DNA of 64,000 nucleotides from a virus: IMG/VR virus record IMGVR_UViG_3300024346_010589, positions 18,064 to 82,063 of that record; one strand, 5' to 3'. Shown piece by piece: positions 60,601 to 64,000 of this stretch (position 1 is its first letter; each line of letters starts with the position of its first letter). The notes under the pieces were generated by a model. It saw only the letters and a program-made list of their open reading frames with translations, ran no database searches and was not told where the DNA came from. The position numbers and the translations under genes were made by a program.

Positions 60601-60728
60601 TTGAATGAAATTTGTTTTTTACTTACTCCATTTATGGATCTATTTATCTCCGCAGCAGCGCGATCCATACTTCTCTTAGCCTTAGAAGTATTAACATTAA
60701 GCGTTACATCTGCCCTCATTCCTACCAT
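48627..60728 (-). CDS. Giant tape measure protein (4033 aa) with internal enzyme cassettes
   Basis: N-terminal TP901-like TMP core (EFSRQG, DKLAAVD, GAVIGNGLKTIFTRI), long helical/coiled-coil regions and C-terminal FAKGG..DKVPAMLTAGEYV motifs. Located between tube genes and the tail tip. Confidence 0.92.
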   Translation of the reverse strand: MVGMRADVTLNVNTSKAKRSMDRAAAEINRSINGVSKKQISFNVNGKSFTQPLGRITASANEFTKSLEASNARVIAFGASVGIINGISEAFKALVVETVKFQKVLQDINVIVGASAGKLQEFGDGLFNVARNTAQAFSVSAEAALEFSRQGLTMEETLRRTNDALILTRLTGLDAADAVSGLTAAVNAFGDAGLSTTDIIDKLAAVDVKFAVSSEDLIKALERTGAVAIDAGVEIDSLIGLVTALQQTTARGGAVIGNGLKTIFTRIQRPESIRQLEEIGIAVKNLSGSILPADKIMINMAKSFDNLSQSQKSNIVQFSAGIFQANVFRAALRDLGKEQSIQAQATEIAGNAAGDAAQKNEMLNKTMAAMASQTTTSIQELAEILGSIGLAPDIDFFLSSIKDGIDGIKNTLGGGEDEGSTFAKGLVKGIGNVITGPAAIAFGAIFIKLFVNIAKFARTSLKDVLGIVNEKDKIRAMEESILKALGENVKLQEGLSNLEDDRKAQEMFILGIIEKQNSAMSEQVNLAARLAKPLVRAGINPDFSKNEASGMVPVAASGMIPESSKKKERQGAAKGGYAAGAIDSMNVKGVGTVVYNKAEKVKQFPGMSQPAIMPPKESRAGKGYKDAFAGQHGFDPYASGGFVPNFAAMSGSKLMLDPSLTQLSANPGKVKGPRDLAKSYAELEATGQPISVEATTKQLLSNTGGSHSKKVKEVIRYLQDEGGIESIERKFKLKKLPKRGKRTDDQAEADVLKAEGGKYFNTGGRSGDPTFPVDLVGLGMNPIEVKSGEWKLPNVLLKSLRLYSDDGLMRFAESQGATQEMINEARNEKFKKGANLLTKKGLIGKDASSEQTHQALLAHRMSEGLVPNFAIEPWSERYRRNKGKEFNTPEEINKAYGVKDLSVSLGQKNVRRDLSEQEIQEIKDQRAATTSRAGQTSYVNIFKNLRAGEYKDRADLADKTKRVSNIVEQLITKSETTSKKASRKEIGGGKNFADFQQLLTDLPGGEAGGSELLENSRKRGKIFEEILSDLGGVKFEQNPDAMDFSRKRERLLRVPEKTADAIGLDNYETYGDAHAGPGHGVRLMRDKIIREVHSEGLLEGLLSNRQVHLPGDDFPDIVNTGRDSEREKEITLGNLMKKGGLKSVKARKAINESVKANHGYTYDELLVEPKNKKKPTEEEKKKLELKKQLDKKIISFNYVTDDVDLGAIDKRTKTGRKVKELEGLKSGNVSGGLIPNFADPRTRSQKIQDTLADPSNKGIKFNKPPSPANITSAQISRHLDIPIGKTPETQPSDEDIKNAIKAVCQTREKLQLPGYENLKSIDKTKILKKYKKQAGEGEYYGNKDLSAARGFVPNFAKTFYDFDETLATYPSSVTSADLFNAESAALAEPTDLAKSLKGRTIDILTARAGESKSFISKKLKSWGINSGRIITTGSIQNGQTSAQKKATILQNMQKKNGGRYNLIDDAPENIAAIKALGNKNLMGQLYKFSGQHAGRGSGNAEGLVPNFANVHLYRGQKNKTLDTPDISENLPSFASARTPNDVVEIVQDFVKRHVSGDLAGYRNKQGTSGEKKASGANSYSTSPQVADKFANSIDLTSNDMSPGQVFKKTVPSKNIFNKAKLLKILNKGSDPKSGNYPSVEKFKKEIASGAVKNWAQKNGGMYLNISGVNNDDSSGKRYGQSMKQIVPLADVGYNKDGTRQIHQGEREVIQLFNNGLIPNFSKVERVQKSQKRRVKEQVTEEDKDLAHNIFDYLKTNISNLSSRFRFNRSTVSFGGNPEDYEKVFNHSSSRKNKENLIEIAKSEMKMNRILKGFMIPHNEGVATARGKHKAPRDPFLDGAMHGGLVPNFADPLSAAISRERAAGVPQARIRVEKSSQLKSAQNPMGLAVTNTRDEPAGVQQGIRRAKTMGIDPKKHGASKGMVPNFAAPQIPDAILNNAKNELSEMSKAFTDSFSEFSKIASKFGKEGKETLAEIASFDISKDFEGIKDLLNEKMERTEAQINSITEKTGKLSKGEQTRLGELKKAKSSGEALLKSTEEKSQKSKAVKNLSSSEPEAQKAQLIKSENAMIKKMLTARGTDLKSLKEATKASQDFRIALDESAKSAEESDDDGGGLQRLFYLQSAISLVNGQFETLAEGASGLTKTFAQGMLAISNVTASFIQQKELVSEGMNMAGVKRNESFSIGQAFNPEARAARRSAAAASDAGSRGSGVGRMGGLMRNLSGVGRMFGRFLPVIGQLYTGFTVVNEAFKMFNIGEMFGLEKGSGVMDLLSSQGERAAKKLEKLGESTEKLQGALESLNSQTENREKVTDLEILGSRRTQKQELELQQLKLKGLDIDIKAQDALSGLLDENLVGTKVSKRFIEELSKGTNSNEDYVKVIERVIKAQKSQAAFLSGSKSFGDLIDKKLDKFNPDSDDIKLLQGASKVRGSQIGMGFSSAAAGGEDMDVKDRLSILSKNIAALERESSTVSFRSMSDVTKLTDRLAKNLQGTEDFDAEMMASQINSFIKNIDESIDNTSGLDPRETKAVNAGMKQMVIQLNKLKKNLEGESDRNKEAQLKKEYVTAYKNIIFNIEQFRKNEAHLTKLSLASLAHQNKLNSSQQSLLLEYNAIGKEAAISSDFARKRNAMEAKFIADKQGVEMKTIESLNKLRDTYFNTDQLAQQFKKDGEEAAGAVQALKDNIKKGISNADFAGIGKSMNLNPEVMAKVTEAFEQTSAETKNATSSLEVISSLLNKFGKATDSSTASALLLALHEKGLVTITDEHLNLLRSGLLSRERQLELLNTGNKEAQQLLKLEEEHKFIKEKTVTGAAKLYKILQARGREEKHVLDSVKGEAATLAVLNDFYKKDVSILAKSSEAMELGFQKQVEKNRTDAISAVHSLRMLEAQTGSLENSKNSLIILEAKLKSETHNAVLALQESKFRLDYLKDQSNRSELVTRQLAKERADLQTSNLLAAEKNVQLSKTGELRKLVEEQLNATLHSSRLEALTAAENALLLTGKTKQVKLIQEANELQEASNKLTELQNAVTKAGVSDKTLRMTTTADIGIEKANSILGTRTAGMKATVEPNAENMLAYANSLEQTNKLLGNGSRVMDRFRTKMAEINVEAENLSADLVDIGIDNARSGLKQMFDDIGSGAKSAKEAWNDFGLGLAKQLLDRMTQNNIDKIVKNLTFAFTGEEGKSDAEKIASETAHLVGVNEGIISSNQDLISAINGQTEALKKQIDSETPVNKPKTNLIPENTAGGKAPLEAAMKKVSEIKAAEKKAMLDQMEKVVSEGVDNTVTAVNNGFTKIKQIAGDFEGGFNDIMGRIRLNIEKGSTSQEPNKVLTFTQEDRISNNDNINLKKEEIKNQLEEIKTLKARFKDKEEATHLEKAFSQGSMINNPLEFWKGDDLRDAENVDKIRREGFASRQEGEIFEYGVQAESGKRMNKSTEKIKSLNDIASPTSKQLTEITNYKNELKEQQKIYNQSTAILKNIKVQRSEEIKNINLAEESLKGLNGQLVKLEDISKKMGVLTDSNSSNQVDIPNKFSGGKIQHFAKGGFVDGPAGVDKVPAMLTAGEYVVPKDKAKQFKQNGGEIQNFSIGGMAKELNNKNTENRAIRGGQGVTQLLVMNEVSRGIAKYLEKPKDDGPPTFDKNKFNNLDLRSDVNIKRGDPRLSARFLAKDPVMQEYKDYLLEKAAYDVQKKNEKVDKKMQTIGSVLSFMGTFAIAQMSDIMEPYVEKAVGWAKNKAINTAKGHTGFGKDSGAFKLARSQGLNANYKDVSNHIETGEPLVINNKGYHLMSGRNERTKWEYINNSPKSHRQIMRGQKIGIDENNASMLKRARGYQSGGSIPAMLTAGEGFVPAPVAKRIGYDNLNRMNTTGGLPIVQGKGGIDNVGPVGLTEGDFIIKKSSTDKLLRENPNMMRFALQNPEGFKRGEQGYYEGGVVGSPSTIPAPSVPKQAPTNRLKSVDPAEMLNQSFNQKQEAAVAPQQKSEVTNNINVNVSIDQTGKETVSTENSNSSYEEEQQLSLKIKSAVLDVIRQEKRIGGELSS
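54951..58817 (-). repeat. Eight dispersed GxxPNF(A/S) peptide motifs in the TMP
   Basis: At 58788, 58119, 57015, 56661, 56205, 55566, 55182 and 54951 (left coordinates): GGFVPNFA, EGLVPNFA, GGLIPNFA, RGFVPNFA, EGLVPNFA, NGLIPNFS, GGLVPNFA, KGMVPNFA. Confidence 0.92.
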
Positions 60729-60817
60729 ATTACCTTATACCTTTATTTATTGATTATACTAATAACCATCTATATGTACACCTAAAAAATATCTACATTG
60801 ATGTTTGTTTATCTTAT

Positions 60818-62182
60818 TTACACAGGTATTAGCGAGCCGTCTTGAAGCTCAACCAGACCTTGCTGTTGTAGCGCCAAATAATACTCCTCAAAAGACCCAC
60901 TCATAAAGAAACCATTATTACGACTTATTCCAAAACTAAAACTACAATCAACAGTAGCTATAGAACCAATTGATTCATTAAATGAATAATTATCAAATTT
61001 AGCATTATTAATAATATACTTAATATAAGTCTCATGTTCGCTTGATGGAGCACAAGTAAAGTCGCATTGGTTATTTAAGTTTATTTCTATCTCATACTCT
61101 TCGTCGTCACAAAACATCGTTCTTAAGTCTCCAGTATTAAAAGCGCTAGCCAATAAAGAAAAAGATATAGTTCCTACCTGCGGGTATTTCATTTTTCTTC
61201 CGTATGCATGCATTGATCCAAAACCATATAGATTTTCCCTATCAAACGGCAAAGAGATATTGAAGTTCTGTATGTTTGCTGAGCCTTTTGTGCAAGACCC
61301 TTCGTATAGTCCCGAAAGTATCGGACCACCCACATTAAGATTTTTTACGTTTACGTTTATTCCTCCAGGAGGTATTGCAGAAACAGGACTCTTGTGCATT
61401 ACTGGATCAAATTCTATTCCTGCTCCTAACTGTACTGATTCTCCACCTCTTTCTACTACAGGTCCAACTGCATCAATTCCGCTATTGACCAAATCTAAAG
61501 AAGGAATTTGCACACCGCCTTTATATATTTTTCTTTCGCTTGATCCTAGTGGAATCATTCCTCCATCTTGCAGGTTTATGAATCCATTTAATTGGGTCAT
61601 CAAGAATGCCATTTGGTTTATATTATCCAGCCAACTATATCCGCCTTCCCCTGAGCCCTCGCATGAATACCTTACATTTGAACCTACCATTGAAACAGAG
61701 GCTTTAGCAAAATCTCCAACCCCAGCACTTATTGAATAATCAGTAATATAACAATTACCTATTCCTATTATGTCTGTTCCAGAGTACCCATTCTCTCGAT
61801 TAGCGTATCCTGTTAAATCAAACTGCTCTCTGCCGACTGCAATTAGAACACTCTTATCCTCCCTGAGGTTTGAATACATGCTTCCGCTCGTCATGCTTTC
61901 TCCTTTTTGAGCAGTATTTAAGCCCAAAGTTTTTTCTTCGTATCCGTCTGTTAGCAAATAGTCTATACTTAGTTGTATGTTCGGCTCGGAAACTATTTTT
62001 CTGTCTAAGAAATCTTCACCTCCTATGTGCTGTACATTTTGCCTCTGTACATCTACAGACAAACTGGCCGATTGAACTCTGTTAAAAAAGTATAAACTAT
62101 CAGTATCTGGGCTTGCCCCCGGCGAGTCCGTCATAAACAAGCCGACTGAATTATATTTTATAGCATTTCTGTAAGGATGCAT
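60818..62182 (-). CDS. Tail-tube-like protein (paralogue of the major tail protein)
   Basis: RVQSASLSVDVQRQNVQHIG..SEPNIQLSIDYLL.DGYEE and GNCYITDYSISAGVG are collinear with 62243. Confidence 0.7.
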   Translation of the reverse strand: MHPYRNAIKYNSVGLFMTDSPGASPDTDSLYFFNRVQSASLSVDVQRQNVQHIGGEDFLDRKIVSEPNIQLSIDYLLTDGYEEKTLGLNTAQKGESMTSGSMYSNLREDKSVLIAVGREQFDLTGYANRENGYSGTDIIGIGNCYITDYSISAGVGDFAKASVSMVGSNVRYSCEGSGEGGYSWLDNINQMAFLMTQLNGFINLQDGGMIPLGSSERKIYKGGVQIPSLDLVNSGIDAVGPVVERGGESVQLGAGIEFDPVMHKSPVSAIPPGGINVNVKNLNVGGPILSGLYEGSCTKGSANIQNFNISLPFDRENLYGFGSMHAYGRKMKYPQVGTISFSLLASAFNTGDLRTMFCDDEEYEIEINLNNQCDFTCAPSSEHETYIKYIINNAKFDNYSFNESIGSIATVDCSFSFGISRNNGFFMSGSFEEYYLALQQQGLVELQDGSLIPV

Positions 62183-62188
62183 ATATAT

Positions 62189-62221
62189 AAATACACCCCA
62201 GCTAATCGCTGAGGTGTATTT
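62189..62221 (-). terminator. Stem-loop after the major tail gene, embedding the GTGTA motif
   Basis: AAATACACCTCAGC-GATTA-GCTGGGGTGTATTT is a 14-bp stem with one G-U on the minus strand. Confidence 0.6.
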
Positions 62222-62242
62222 TTATTTAAAGTATTACTTTAT

Positions 62243-64000
62243 TTAAGACCTGTATCCCATGTACAATCCTGAGGCTGGAACGTTTTCTCTTCCGTCTAAG
62301 CCAGTCCATGAGGGCGGAAATCCTTTGATTGTTGCATCTGAAGATTCTTTACCAGAGATGAATAATCCATTATCCGGATCATCAGAACCACCAATAGTAG
62401 CAGTAAAGGTTAAGTCTACGGTTTTATTGTCTCCGATTGTGCTTGTGAAGTTTTCCGATTCAAGACGTGCGCCTTTCAAAGTATAACTCATAGCAAGACT
62501 TTCGTCCTTGGTTACACACTCAACACATTCTGGATCGTAGATCTTTACTCCGACATCTAATTTTGTGCAATCACAAAGCAAGTCGGCCATGTTGCCTTCT
62601 TTGATTTCTGAGAGTAATGCACTAACTGACATTGTTACAGTCATTGGAACATCTAAAGCTTTAGAAAATCCAAATGTAGATCCAAGTCGTTGAAGAGTTG
62701 TTCTGCCCATTGGTACGCTGATGCTTACCGATTGAACATGAGCGCTTCCAATCAATGGACTGTTTGCATCACCAGAAACCTGCTTGGAAATTAATCCTGC
62801 ATTATTAAGGTCAACAACCACGTCTCCTGGACGTAAAGCTGCTGCAATTGATCCTTCACAACCATCATAACCACTAGTTGCAGGAGGTAAAGAATAAAGA
62901 CCTGTGCATCCAAGAGCTCCTTTGCTTATTCTATCTCCTGCTGCATTTTTGTCCCAAGCAGAACTAATATAACTTCCATCACGCATATCAATTGCAGGAA
63001 GATCGTTTCCAGTTTCTCCAAAATCACTCTTGATGTTCATTCCTTCAACAGTAACGCTTGCAGTAGGAATAGCTCCCACAGAAATGTCAACGCTGTAATC
63101 AGTAATATAACCATTTCCAAGTGAGATGACTGTTTTTTCTTCTTCTCTTCCTGCCTTGTGGATGTTATTGTCGCCATTTACCGCGTCGCGTGCTTCTGGA
63201 ACTGTTAATATAAAGTAGTTGTTTCCTGCTTGATAAAGTTCAGGAGATAAAGCCCCACTCAATGCATTGGTAACGCCGTCAGTTACAAACTCAAGCATTC
63301 TTTCATTGTATCCGTCTAAGAGATAATAGCTGAAGTCTAGATTAACAGTCGGAGATTCTACCACGATACTGTCAAGCCTAGACATGTGCCCAAACTGATT
63401 AACGTCTTGTCTTGTTACGGTAAAACCATAATTCGCACTTTGAATACGTTGTAATTGTTTTACGATAGTTCCATGAGCACAAGGAGCGGCGTTAATTCCA
63501 CCAGCAAGCTGTATGTTCGCTCCAAGGTCAGGTATATCTGTTCCTCCTGAATTTACCGTTAAATTGACTGGGCTAAGGGCAGCTAAAGCGTTAACAGTAG
63601 AGAGTCCATCTCCAATTAGTAGTTCATTACCTCTTTCTCCGCGCTCGTCCGAGTCTATTGATACATTGCTTTGTCCGTTTTCAATTGGTAAAGCTAAGTC
63701 TTGAAATGTTGCTGTAACTGCGTCAACTCCTCCGGCTAATTGTATTTGAAATCCTAGATCAGGTATGTCTGCTCCGCCAGAAGTAACATTTAACGCAATA
63801 CCCTGCGCCGCTACAAGTTGATTTACTGTAAGAAGGCCATCTCCTTGCAATAAAACGTCACCAGCAACACCATCATTAACCGCATTAATTTGTACATTTG
63901 ATGTTCCATTCTCTATAGGTAAAGCTAAGTCTTGAAATGTTGCTGCTGCACCTGCAACCCCTCCGGCTAATTGTATTTGAGTTCCCGCATCAGGTATGTC
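62243..64000 (-). CDS. Putative major tail tube protein with 77-aa repeat domains; runs off the right edge
   Basis: The frame is open beyond 63850 to 64000. RIQSANYGFTVTRQDVNQFG..PTVNLDFSYY and a second half VQSVSISVPMGRTTLQRLG give a tube-fold pattern. Confidence 0.75.
   Translation of the reverse strand, partial: DIPDAGTQIQLAGGVAGAAATFQDLALPIENGTSNVQINAVNDGVAGDVLLQGDGLLTVNQLVAAQGIALNVTSGGADIPDLGFQIQLAGGVDAVTATFQDLALPIENGQSNVSIDSDERGERGNELLIGDGLSTVNALAALSPVNLTVNSGGTDIPDLGANIQLAGGINAAPCAHGTIVKQLQRIQSANYGFTVTRQDVNQFGHMSRLDSIVVESPTVNLDFSYYLLDGYNERMLEFVTDGVTNALSGALSPELYQAGNNYFILTVPEARDAVNGDNNIHKAGREEEKTVISLGNGYITDYSVDISVGAIPTASVTVEGMNIKSDFGETGNDLPAIDMRDGSYISSAWDKNAAGDRISKGALGCTGLYSLPPATSGYDGCEGSIAAALRPGDVVVDLNNAGLISKQVSGDANSPLIGSAHVQSVSISVPMGRTTLQRLGSTFGFSKALDVPMTVTMSVSALLSEIKEGNMADLLCDCTKLDVGVKIYDPECVECVTKDESLAMSYTLKGARLESENFTSTIGDNKTVDLTFTATIGGSDDPDNGLFISGKESSDATIKGFPPSWTGLDGRENVPASGLYMGYRS
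63495..64000 (-). repeat. 231-bp (77-aa) tandem repeat, more than 2 copies
   Basis: DIPD.G..IQLAGG recurs near 63510, 63741 and 63972. ATFQDLALPIENG occurs twice. Confidence 0.9.

Noticed and set aside
60729-62242. G/GT tail chaperone with programmed frameshift
   Set aside because: The gene here is a tube paralogue; no overlapping ORF pair is present.
49783-63704. Numerous plus-strand ORFs of 60-170 aa opposite the tail genes
   Set aside because: Antisense shadows with no motifs or start context.
63848-63850. Start codon given by the ORF track for the major tail gene
   Set aside because: The frame stays open to 64000 and continues the 77-aa repeat, so the true start is outside the window.

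Overview
This window is part of a large, AT-rich tailed dsDNA phage genome (siphovirus-type tail), not a bacterial chromosome. It has four blocks. (1) 1-20.3 kb, minus strand: a glycan biosynthesis region (NodZ-like fucosyltransferase cut by the window edge, two sulfotransferases, several glycosyltransferases, gmd, fcl, ugd-like dehydrogenase, epimerase, DegT aminotransferase, GNAT). It is interrupted by nrdA/nrdB, a NUDIX hydrolase, a tail-anchored papain-like protease and a J-domain protein. The nrdB has class Ic (Mn/Fe, tyrosyl-radical-less) residues. (2) 20.3-28.3 kb, plus strand: sigma70-type promoters drive a sigma factor, SSB, Whirly-like and SSAP-like proteins and more glycosyltransferases. 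(3) 28.3-48.6 kb, minus strand: lambda-like tail tip module (fused gpI-gpJ, gpK, gpL, double gpM plus vWA) and tube-like paralogues. (4) 48.6-64 kb, minus strand: a 4033-aa tape measure protein and two more tail-tube-like genes. The most striking signal is inside the tape measure protein. Eight copies of a GxxPNF(A/S) motif delimit cassette domains, including an R-S-E ADP-ribosyltransferase, a HAD phosphatase and a PD-(D/E)XK nuclease-like domain. This suggests an injected multi-effector polyprotein. Also seen: a candidate late-promoter motif (GTGTA-N9-ATG) and a twice-occurring RNA hairpin with compensatory changes flanking the RNR locus. All family calls come from motif recognition by eye; no searches were run.
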